The notes under the pieces are model-generated. The model worked only from the letters and a program-made list of their open reading frames with translations, made no database searches and was not told the DNA's origin. Below are positions 56,044 through 64,000 of a stretch of 64,000 bases of DNA, piece by piece; positions within the stretch are counted from its first letter, which is position 1; every line of letters starts with the position of its first letter. The stretch comes from Candidatus Poribacteria bacterium (GTDB taxonomy: Bacteria; Poribacteria; WGA-4E; UBA9662): the NCBI GenBank assembly GCA_036339735.1, contig JAYZAL010000077.1, forward strand, positions 1 to 64,000, written 5' to 3'. The position numbers were made by a program, and so were the translations under genes.

Positions 56044-56835
56044 TTAAAGTGCAATACCCCTATCAGATGACTGAAGGAAATTTAGGAGATAGTTAACTTC
56101 ATCATTGGGGGGACAGTCTTCTTTAACTTTTTCTATGGCCTGTGATAGCGAATTTTGAGATCGGAACAATATAGAAAAAACTTTTTTTAGTAAGCTAATA
56201 GTGTCGGGAGATATCTCGGCCATCGGATGATTGCTGGCTGTCTGCCGGCCTATCAAATTCAACCCTCGTATACGAGCCGGATGTCCATCCGCGACAGTAA
56301 ATGGAGGTATGTCTTTAACGAATTTGGAGCAAGCACCAGCCATAGCACACTTACCAATTCGTACGAAAGGGTGAATTGCCGCATGTGCTCCCAACCGAAC
56401 CTGATCCTCTACTACAACATGTCCTCCCAAAGTAGCAAAATTAGCCATGATAGTTCGATTTCCAACCGATGCATCATGGGCAATGTTGACCCAGTTCATC
56501 AATAAATTATCGTCCCCAATAACTGTAGCCGAATTTTCACTGGTAGCGCGTGAAACCGATACATACTCACGCAATATATTACGATTACCGATCAAGGTAT
56601 AACTACGTTCATTTTGAGATTTCAGGTCTTTAGAGGGATTACCCAGCGTACAACCAAAAAAAATTTGACACCCTTCACCAATATGGGTGTATTGGCATAC
56701 CTGAACGTGTGGCCCAATGATCGTCTCGCGACCAACCTGGACATCCGATTCTATAATAGAAAACGGTCCAACCTCAACACAATTATCGAGCTCAGCTTTT
56801 GGAGAAACAATAGCGGTCGGGTGAATTTTTGTCAT
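56044..56835 (-). CDS. lpxA: Acyl-ACP--UDP-N-acetylglucosamine O-acyltransferase
   Basis: 'IHPTAIV', hexapeptide repeats, 'LREYV', 'IAHD', 'LGGHV', 'KDIPPF', 'GLNLIG'. Confidence 0.95.
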   Translation of the reverse strand: MTKIHPTAIVSPKAELDNCVEVGPFSIIESDVQVGRETIIGPHVQVCQYTHIGEGCQIFFGCTLGNPSKDLKSQNERSYTLIGNRNILREYVSVSRATSENSATVIGDDNLLMNWVNIAHDASVGNRTIMANFATLGGHVVVEDQVRLGAHAAIHPFVRIGKCAMAGACSKFVKDIPPFTVADGHPARIRGLNLIGRQTASNHPMAEISPDTISLLKKVFSILFRSQNSLSQAIEKVKEDCPPNDEVNYLLNFLQSSDRGIAL

Positions 56836-56893
56836 TACCTACTCTTAGTCGTAAGTTAAGTCTTTTTTCTTCAGGTGATATCCACTTAATTTT

Positions 56894-58159
56894 TTATTCG
56901 GGTGGTGAACCAATCATAATTGACAAGATACCTTCACTAGCGATAGAGTCCCCTACGTAGGCTTTACCTGCGAGTTTCACAAAGTTCCGGCGTTTGCGAA
57001 CAACTTCTACTTCTAGTCTCAACTGATCACCAGGAAGAACCGGGCGGCGAAATTTTGCCTCATCAATGGAAGCGAAGAACCCAATCTGGTTTTCGGTGTT
57101 TGTCTCTTGTAAGACTAGCCAAGCACCTAGTTGAGCTAATGCCTCCATCTGTAATACTCCAGGCATAACTGGTTCTTGTGGGAAATGTCCTTGGAAAAAC
57201 TGTTCATTATAAGAGAGATTCTTAATACCAGTCGCCGATTTACCTGTCTGGAAGCTTACAACTCTATCTACCATACACATTGGGAATCGGTGTGGTAGTT
57301 GTTGATAAATTTCCTTGGCTTCCACAGGTTTCTGTTTGTTAATCAAGCCTTGGTCATCCAATAACTTGACCAATTCAGCATGTAACTGATGGCCTGATTT
57401 AACGGCTATAACATGAGCCAGTAATGGTTGACCGATCACCGATAAATCGCCGATCAAATCTAAAATCTTATGCCGGGCAAACTCATCAGAAAAACGTAAA
57501 TCACACTTTGGTACACCATCCTCTTTGACTACAACTACATTACTCTCGCTTGCCCCTTTGCCAATACCCAGCTGCAATAACGCCTCGATTTCGCTGGACA
57601 AACAAAAGCTTCTGGCTGGTGCAAGCTGTTCCAAATAAAGTTCTGGTGTGATATCAAATGTCGCAATTTGGGTCTGGATCTTTGGATGATCGTAGACAAA
57701 TGTGACACGGAAGTTATCGGCAGGCAGTAACATCAACTGCTTGTCCCCTTGGTCAATAGCAAGCGGAGAATTAATCTTAACAACCGATCGGGGTATATCT
57801 TGTTTCAACACTCCAACTTGGGCGATCTGAATCGCATACGCTGAAGCACTACCATCCAGTGCGGGTGGCTCTGGAGCATCAAGTTGCAATAGCGCATTAT
57901 CAATATGCATACCAGCTAGAGCAGACAAGATATGCTCTACACTATTAACAGTAATAGATCCATCACCAATACTCGTACAACGTGGTAGGTCGTCCACCGC
58001 GTTTTCAGCGCAAACGGCGACGGACTGGTTGCCTAAGTCGATTCTTTGAAAGACTATTCCGTGGTTGACTGGTGCTGGACATATTTTGAGATTGACGGCC
58101 AAACCTCGCATGAGGCCTTTACCACTAATGGTTATTTCATCTTTAATTGTCTGTTGCAA
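56894..58159 (-). CDS. lpxC-fabZ: Bifunctional LpxC/FabZ fusion
   Basis: LpxC 'QQTI', 'VEHILSAL', 'P.LDGSA', 'RHKILDLIGDL', then FabZ 'LPHRFP...VDR', 'FQGHFP..PVMPGVLQMEALAQ'. Confidence 0.95.
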   Translation of the reverse strand: MQQTIKDEITISGKGLMRGLAVNLKICPAPVNHGIVFQRIDLGNQSVAVCAENAVDDLPRCTSIGDGSITVNSVEHILSALAGMHIDNALLQLDAPEPPALDGSASAYAIQIAQVGVLKQDIPRSVVKINSPLAIDQGDKQLMLLPADNFRVTFVYDHPKIQTQIATFDITPELYLEQLAPARSFCLSSEIEALLQLGIGKGASESNVVVVKEDGVPKCDLRFSDEFARHKILDLIGDLSVIGQPLLAHVIAVKSGHQLHAELVKLLDDQGLINKQKPVEAKEIYQQLPHRFPMCMVDRVVSFQTGKSATGIKNLSYNEQFFQGHFPQEPVMPGVLQMEALAQLGAWLVLQETNTENQIGFFASIDEAKFRRPVLPGDQLRLEVEVVRKRRNFVKLAGKAYVGDSIASEGILSIMIGSPPE

Positions 58160-58233
58160 ACTACGCTCCGTTGTGATTTTATTTGTCCAATCGTCGATTT
58201 TGCTGTGTACTAAGGTATTCTCGCCAATGCTAG

Positions 58234-59301
58234 TTATCGGACCATTCTTCGGTAGCGACGGACCATTCGTTGATGTTGAGCTAAAGTCTGAGAAAAATTA
58301 TGGCTACCATCACCTGCTGCAACAAAATAAAAAAAGTCCGTCTGTACTGGCTGAAGTGCAGCCATGATTGATGCGTGGCCAGGATTACAGATGGGTCCCA
58401 AAGGCAAGCCTTTTTTAAGATAGGTATTGTATGGAGTGTCAGTACGAAGATCCAACCGAGTTAGTGAGCGAGATGGGTTGCCCAAACCGTATAGGACAGT
58501 CGGGTCAGCATCTAATTTCCACCCCTTCCTTAATCGGTTATGATACACACTAGAAATAATCTCCCGCTCTTTATCAACCTGAGCTTCTTTTTCGATAATC
58601 GAGGCCAATGTTATGATTTCTGCTGGAGACATTCCCAAATTTTCTGCCTTTTTTGTCATTTCTGGAGACCATCGTTCAACAAAGTATTCTAACATGGTTT
58701 CGATTATCGTGGCTGCTGAACTACCATCGGCTAGCCAATAGGTTTCGGGAAACAGGTAACCTTCTAATGAGTCTCCGGATAAATCGTAAGCTCGTCTCCA
58801 GTGAATACGGTTGGCTTCGCTCAAAAAATCATCAGCAGAACCAAACTCTGATCTTTCCCATAACTGGGCAATCTGTTTAACTGTCAAGCCTTCTGGTATT
58901 ACTAACTGGCGCAATACTACCTGACCCTTTTCCAGTTGATCGATAATTTCTCCCAATGTCATCGATGGATCAAACTCGTATCGACCAGCTTTTAGTTGGG
59001 TGCCGGTACCTCGCCAATGAACATAGAATTTGAATAGAATTGAACTACGAATGACACCCGAATCTAACAGTTTTTGGCAAATAATCTGAGATGTAGAACC
59101 TTTTGGTATCTCGACAAGTGCAGGCTGATATCCTTTCTGAACGGGAAGCACATTGTAAATATAAAAAGCAATAATGACCAGTAGCATCAGACAAAATAAT
59201 GTGCCTGCAACCCGCCGGTTATGGCTCACAATCCTGCGCCAATTCAATTGGTCAGATCCAAGCCAATTTTTAATCAACTGGTTAAACTTAGTTGGCTCCA
59301 T
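58234..59301 (-). CDS. mltG: Endolytic transglycosylase MltG
   Basis: 'LKAGRY', 'IPEG', 'LEGYLFPETY', 'ASIIEKE', 'DPTVLYG', 'TPYNTY...GLP.GPICNPG'. Confidence 0.95.
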   Translation of the reverse strand: MEPTKFNQLIKNWLGSDQLNWRRIVSHNRRVAGTLFCLMLLVIIAFYIYNVLPVQKGYQPALVEIPKGSTSQIICQKLLDSGVIRSSILFKFYVHWRGTGTQLKAGRYEFDPSMTLGEIIDQLEKGQVVLRQLVIPEGLTVKQIAQLWERSEFGSADDFLSEANRIHWRRAYDLSGDSLEGYLFPETYWLADGSSAATIIETMLEYFVERWSPEMTKKAENLGMSPAEIITLASIIEKEAQVDKEREIISSVYHNRLRKGWKLDADPTVLYGLGNPSRSLTRLDLRTDTPYNTYLKKGLPLGPICNPGHASIMAALQPVQTDFFYFVAAGDGSHNFSQTLAQHQRMVRRYRRMVR

Positions 59302-59749
59302 TCATCTGTAAATGTTGTAGGTAGTCTTCCAAAATTAGTGCAGCAGCTATTTGATCGACTTTCTGCTTCTTTCTTTTACGCCGGGTTTTATTAGTTATCA
59401 TTATTTCTTGAGCCTGAATTGTTGTACGACGTTCGTCCCAAAACACGATTTCGGCTTGTGCTTCCACGGCTAGTATACTTGAAAAGTCTTTGATTTTTTG
59501 GGCTTGAATGCTTATTTGATCATCCCATGTTAAGGGTAAACCCACCACAATTTGGATTGGCTTATATTCGTCGATTAGTTCCATAATGGCTGATATATCA
59601 GCTGGAGTTGTTCGACGTTGGATGGTACACAATGGGGTCGCCATAATCTGATTTTGGCTGATTGCTGTGCCTATACGGACGTCTCCAATATCTAGCGCAA
59701 GCAATGATCGCTGCTCCTCTGATTGATTGCTAATAGTTTGACTTTCCAT
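59288..59749 (-). CDS. ruvX: YqgF/RuvX pre-16S rRNA nuclease
   Basis: 'LALDIGDVRIGTAIS', 'VVGLP', 'WDERRTT', 'VDQIAAALIL'. The start is likely ATG 59749. Confidence 0.93.
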   Translation of the reverse strand: MESQTISNQSEEQRSLLALDIGDVRIGTAISQNQIMATPLCTIQRRTTPADISAIMELIDEYKPIQIVVGLPLTWDDQISIQAQKIKDFSSILAVEAQAEIVFWDERRTTIQAQEIMITNKTRRKRKKQKVDQIAAALILEDYLQHLQMNGAN

Positions 59750-59928
59750 ATCAGTTAGCTTCCCTTCCATCGGGATCATAACACCGGCAGCCAGTGGTGT
59801 CAAGTTCCCAGCAAGAACCAATGAATCGCAAAAGCCGTTTGTCAATATTACCGACTGTGATATAATTAAAAAACTAATAGTTAGGCGAAAATTGAATCTA
59901 GAAGTATCTGGTTGAGCAGAGGGTAGTC

Positions 59929-61566
59929 ATGAAAGGTGTTGATGTTGTTGCGCATATTCTCAAAGAAGAAAAAGTAGATTATCTTTTTTGTTTCCCGGCT
60001 AATAAACTTATAGACTCGGCTGCCAAAGTCGGTATTCGACCAATTATGACGCGTACTGAACGAACATTAGTCAACATGGCTGATGGATTTAGCCGTATTT
60101 CTAATGGAAATCAGATCGGTGTAGCTGTTGTTCAGTCTGGTCCTGGAAGCGAGAATGCTTTTGCAGGTGTAGCACAGGCATTCGCTGACTCAATTCCGAT
60201 TTTGATGTTGCCAGGTGGTGTAAGCCGAAGATCAGGTGACATTCCCACTCATTTTTCATCCGTCAAAAACTACGCTCATGTTACTAAGTGGGTAGCTCAA
60301 GCTAACTTCGCTGATCGCTTACCTAATATGCTAAGAAGAGCGTATAGCTTATTACGATCGGGCCACCCAGCTCCGGTTATGATCGAAATACCAACCGATG
60401 TTGGCGAAGAGGACGTCTCTGATTATGCCTATACTCCACCCAAACCGATTAAATCTATAGCTGATCCTGTTAATGTCAAGAACGCCGTAGATTCTCTACT
60501 AATGGCAAAAAGACCTATACTATTTATCGGTCAAGGCTCTTTATTCGCTGAGGCATCATCTAGCTTAATCAGATTGGCTGAAATGCTTCAAATTCCAGTG
60601 ATGACTACCATGGGTGGGAAAGGGGCGTTTCCTGAAAATCATCCGCTATCGGTTGGTGCTAGTGGCCTGACTGGTTCTAGGGTAGTCAAGCACTTTCTAT
60701 CGAAAGCTGACTTGATATTAGGTGTCGGATCTAGTATGTCCAAGAATACCTTTGCTCCACAAGTGCCATCCAATATACCAATTATTCACAATACAGCTTC
60801 CGAAACTGATATTAATAAAGATTGTGTGGCGACAGTTGCTTTACTCGGTGATGCTCGATTGGTGACCGATCAACTGATCGATGAGATTGTATCTCGAATC
60901 GGCGTAGATGGTAGAGCTGAAAATGTTACCCTACTACAAGAGATCGCTGAAGTCAAAGCTGATTGGCTCTCAGAATGGATGCCTAGATTAACTTCAAATG
61001 AAATTCCGATCAACCCATATCGCGTTATCTGGGATTTGCAAAAGGCAATTGATCGAACCAATGCGATTGTGACACATGATTCTGGTAATCCACGAGACCA
61101 AATGGTTCCCTTCTACGAGACATTAATCCCCAATGGTTATATTGGTTGGGGAAAATCTACACAGTTAGGTTATTCTCTCGGTCTGATGATGGGAGCCAAG
61201 CTAGCAGCCCCTGATCGTCTAGCAATTAATGTAATGGGTGATGCAGCTTTTGGTATGTCAGGCCTAGATTTGGAAACTGCGGTTCGCGAAAAAATACCAA
61301 TTTTAACGATTGTCCTCAATAATTCAGCACTTGGCGGATATGAAAAACATATGCCAATTGCAACTGAGCGTTATAGGACTAAATTTTTAACTGGAGATTA
61401 CACTAAAATAGCTGAAGGTTTAGGTGTTTACAGTCAAAGGGTAGAGAAACCGGAGAGTATCATTTCCTCGATTCAGCAAGCATGTGAAATCATGAAACAA
61501 GAGCAGAGACCCGCTTTGATCGAATTCATTACTTGTGAGGATGCCGTTTTTTCCTACGGTCATTAG
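59929..61566 (+). CDS. Thiamine-diphosphate-dependent enzyme (acetolactate synthase-like family)
   Basis: 'MADGFSR', 'QSGPG', ThDP motif 'MGDAAFG...LNN'. Confidence 0.88.
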   Translation: MKGVDVVAHILKEEKVDYLFCFPANKLIDSAAKVGIRPIMTRTERTLVNMADGFSRISNGNQIGVAVVQSGPGSENAFAGVAQAFADSIPILMLPGGVSRRSGDIPTHFSSVKNYAHVTKWVAQANFADRLPNMLRRAYSLLRSGHPAPVMIEIPTDVGEEDVSDYAYTPPKPIKSIADPVNVKNAVDSLLMAKRPILFIGQGSLFAEASSSLIRLAEMLQIPVMTTMGGKGAFPENHPLSVGASGLTGSRVVKHFLSKADLILGVGSSMSKNTFAPQVPSNIPIIHNTASETDINKDCVATVALLGDARLVTDQLIDEIVSRIGVDGRAENVTLLQEIAEVKADWLSEWMPRLTSNEIPINPYRVIWDLQKAIDRTNAIVTHDSGNPRDQMVPFYETLIPNGYIGWGKSTQLGYSLGLMMGAKLAAPDRLAINVMGDAAFGMSGLDLETAVREKIPILTIVLNNSALGGYEKHMPIATERYRTKFLTGDYTKIAEGLGVYSQRVEKPESIISSIQQACEIMKQEQRPALIEFITCEDAVFSYGH

Positions 61567-61573
61567 AGCAAAG

Positions 61574-62368
61574 ATGAGCCTGAAAAAAACAATATCGTCT
61601 GCAAAGCCAAAAATTTTGATAACGGGTGCTGCTGGTAGGATTGGTTCTACTCTCCGCTCAGCTTGGGTAAGTGAAGGTCGGTACGACCTAACCTTGTTGG
61701 ATTTAAACAAAATCGACTCAGAAATTATACAAGCGGATATTCGGCAGGCTGACCAGATGAAGATAGTTTGTCAGAACCAAGACGTTTTGGTTCACTTAGC
61801 CAATATTCGTTACCAAGACATTCTAGAAGATCCAGCTCAAATGACAGATATTACCGCTTCTATGCTATTGTTTGAGACTGCTAGACAAGCAGGAATAAGT
61901 AAGATAATTTATGCAAGTACCAATCACGTTACTGGTTGGAACGAAAAATTGGCACAACCATCAGATGGCAGTTGGACTGGAGTTCCACCTGTGGTTTCTA
62001 CTGCTGATCAATTTCGACCTGACGGTTGGTATGGTGCAATGAAGGGTATGGCGGAGTTAGCTGGCCGCTATCTAGTTGATGCGTACCAAATACAGTTTAC
62101 CAGCCTTCGAATTGGTAGTTTTAATGGAACTAGTCAGCCAAAGAACATCCGGCATTGTTCAACTTTATTGACCCCCCGTGATTGTGTCCAGTTGTTTACT
62201 CTAGCTGTCGATTACGATGGACCTGTAAAATACATAGTTACCTATGGAACCTCGGGTAATACGGATGGTTATCAAGTCGGTTTTATGGACATTAGGCCAG
62301 CTGTGGAAATTCTTGGTTATCGTCCTCAAGACAACCTGATAAAAACCCATCGTCATTTGTTTGATTAA
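61574..62368 (+). CDS. NAD-dependent epimerase/dehydratase (uronate dehydrogenase-like)
   Basis: 'ILITGAAGRIG', 'YASTNH', 'RPDGWYGAMK', 'LRIGS'. Confidence 0.85.
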   Translation: MSLKKTISSAKPKILITGAAGRIGSTLRSAWVSEGRYDLTLLDLNKIDSEIIQADIRQADQMKIVCQNQDVLVHLANIRYQDILEDPAQMTDITASMLLFETARQAGISKIIYASTNHVTGWNEKLAQPSDGSWTGVPPVVSTADQFRPDGWYGAMKGMAELAGRYLVDAYQIQFTSLRIGSFNGTSQPKNIRHCSTLLTPRDCVQLFTLAVDYDGPVKYIVTYGTSGNTDGYQVGFMDIRPAVEILGYRPQDNLIKTHRHLFD

Positions 62369-62748
62369 TTTGATTTCCTAAGACTGTAGGCGTATCTCCC
62401 TATACCTAGATTTAGAGTAGGTATGGCCTCTTGGGATTACTAAGTTCTGAGGTGGAGTTTTTCCGACTTCACAGTGTCAGATACTGGTTCGACTGGTATG
62501 AAATAATAACATTTCAATTAATCTGACAGGTCAACTCCAAAAGACGTCTGCACCTTAAATTGTCTGATTTTTGAACAACTGTCGTCATATAAAATTAGAT
62601 GGCATGTCTAACTCCTTTGTTAAAATAACAAAAAATTGCCAGCGTAAGACTTCCTATGCTTACTTCTTGGTTAGATTAATTGATCGTAGTATGATGGGCC
62701 TCTGACCCTTTGGAACCTTTTCTCTAGAGAAAAAAGGACTCTGATGTA

Positions 62749-63858
62749 GTGCAAAAAGAAATTTCTCCGCAAATTAACAATCGCCCTGAGGTAACAGCTA
62801 ACTATACTCTACCTACAATAGATTTAGCTGGCCAGATTCACCGACAAACTATTGTAGACCGAGAGAATGGTCAATACTTAGGCCACGTATCTACCATTTT
62901 ACTAGCGGACCAGCAAACTATCATTGGAGTTTACCCCAAAGGCCATGGGGGAGGGGCCATCGTGATGAAAAAAAGTTTTGATGGTGGGATAACATGGACA
63001 GACAGACTGAAAGTACCAGAAAATTGGAAGACCTCTAAGGAAGTACCAACCTTACATCGTGTAACGGATAAGTGGGGCGTTGAGAGAATTATTATGTTTT
63101 CTGGCCTCTATCCAATTCGAATGGCAATATCCGAAGATAACGGTTTAAGTTGGAGTAAACTAGAACCGATTGGCAAATACGGTGGTATTGTGGCAATGAG
63201 TGATGTCATCCGCCTCAAAAACGGGAATTACATGGCTTTTTTTCATGATGATGGGCGGTTTCTCAATCTGACAAGCAAAAAGTCCTATCCTTGTTTCGAA
63301 GTTTTTCAAACGATTTCAGCCGACGGCGGTTTAACTTGGGGACAACCAACAGTAGTTACACATCATTCATCTGCACACCTCTGCGAACCGGGGTTAGTTC
63401 GATCTCCAGATGGCAATCAGCTAGCGATGTTATTAAGAGAAAACAGCCGTCAATTTAATTCGTTTGTGACATTTTCTGATGACGAAGGCCAAAGTTGGTC
63501 TACACCAGTTGAACTCCCTGCTTCTTTAACTGGCGATCGGCATACTTGTCGTTACACGTCAGATGGGCGTTTAGTAGTAGTGTTTCGCGATACGACTCGC
63601 CAAAGCCCAACTAGAGGGGACTGGGTAGCTTGGATCGGGTATTATCAAAATATTGCTGATGGAAGTCAAGGACAGTATCGAGTACGGTTGATGAAAAATA
63701 ACAAAGGGGACGACTGCTGTTACCCTGGAGTTGAAGTGCTGCCGGATGACACAGTAGTTTCTACAACGTACGGGCACTGGATAGCGGATGAATCACCTTT
63801 CATTGTCAGTGTTCGGTTCAAATTATCCGAAATTGACCAATTAGCTAGTCATAACTAA
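62749..63858 (+). CDS. BNR/Asp-box sialidase-family protein
   Basis: Asp-boxes 'SFDGGITW', 'SEDNGLSW', 'SADGGLTW', 'SDDEGQSW'; 'CEP', 'DCCYP'. Confidence 0.85.
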   Translation: MQKEISPQINNRPEVTANYTLPTIDLAGQIHRQTIVDRENGQYLGHVSTILLADQQTIIGVYPKGHGGGAIVMKKSFDGGITWTDRLKVPENWKTSKEVPTLHRVTDKWGVERIIMFSGLYPIRMAISEDNGLSWSKLEPIGKYGGIVAMSDVIRLKNGNYMAFFHDDGRFLNLTSKKSYPCFEVFQTISADGGLTWGQPTVVTHHSSAHLCEPGLVRSPDGNQLAMLLRENSRQFNSFVTFSDDEGQSWSTPVELPASLTGDRHTCRYTSDGRLVVVFRDTTRQSPTRGDWVAWIGYYQNIADGSQGQYRVRLMKNNKGDDCCYPGVEVLPDDTVVSTTYGHWIADESPFIVSVRFKLSEIDQLASHN

Positions 63859-64000
63859 GCAGACTTTCGACAATTGAGCGGTTTCCCAAAGCTAAGTCCA
63901 TTTTTAGAGCGTGCCGGCTTAAAACATTCAGACGTTTTTTTTAAGAGCGATGATGGTAATTTCGCTTGTTGGGTTGAACATGTTGATGGCCTAATTTTCA

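Noticed and set aside
56894-58159. LpxC-FabZ fusion as a novelty
   Set aside because: This fusion is well known in Bacteroidota, Chlorobi and other lineages.
62486-62494. GGTTCGACT as a tRNA T-loop
   Set aside because: No acceptor stem, anticodon arm or CCA end could be built around it.
62555-62616. Minus-strand AAGGAG plus ATG CCA TCT AAT TTT ATA TGA as a third selenoprotein
   Set aside because: Read-through gives only 16 codons before TAA, with no recognisable motif.

Overview
This is a 64 kb window of an AT-rich diderm bacterial chromosome. Several PhyH dioxygenases, a LamG protein with a 'VEPxxKLxxxWxxIK' tail and a 'NYPNPFNPETWIP' C-terminal domain suggest Candidatus Poribacteria, probably a flagellated free-living lineage; this taxonomy is inference. 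In order, the window holds: (1) an envelope/translation run of murJ, lnt, a GGDEF gene, prfB (+1 frameshift), lysS, lolE, lolD, ilvE, bamA, skp and lpxD; (2) directly after it, an archaeal-type isoprenoid ether-lipid cluster (UbiA prenyltransferase, DGGGP synthase-like, 2x[4Fe-4S] ferredoxin, geranylgeranyl reductase, group II GGGP synthase), with ispH nearby; (3) a flagellar block flgAHIJMNKL convergent with flgFG, carrying clear sigma54 and sigma28 promoters; (4) a catabolic patch of PhyH enzymes, dehydrogenases and an orphan PhnD; (5) a ~9 kb decayed island with tyrosine-integrase and serine-recombinase pseudogenes and an LRR-fused hybrid histidine kinase; (6) a CxxU Rdx/SelW-type selenoprotein, then WD40, lpxI, lpxA, lpxC-fabZ, mltG, ruvX, a ThDP enzyme, an epimerase and a sialidase-like gene. 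The main discovery is that the geranylgeranyl reductase, truncated in the ORF track, really starts at 15837. It has an in-frame TGA exactly at the conserved active-site Cys (PVR-U-AEG) followed by a SECIS-like hairpin, so it is a probable selenocysteine-containing lipid reductase in a bacterial archaeal-type ether lipid operon. No rRNA, tRNA or CRISPR array was recognised.
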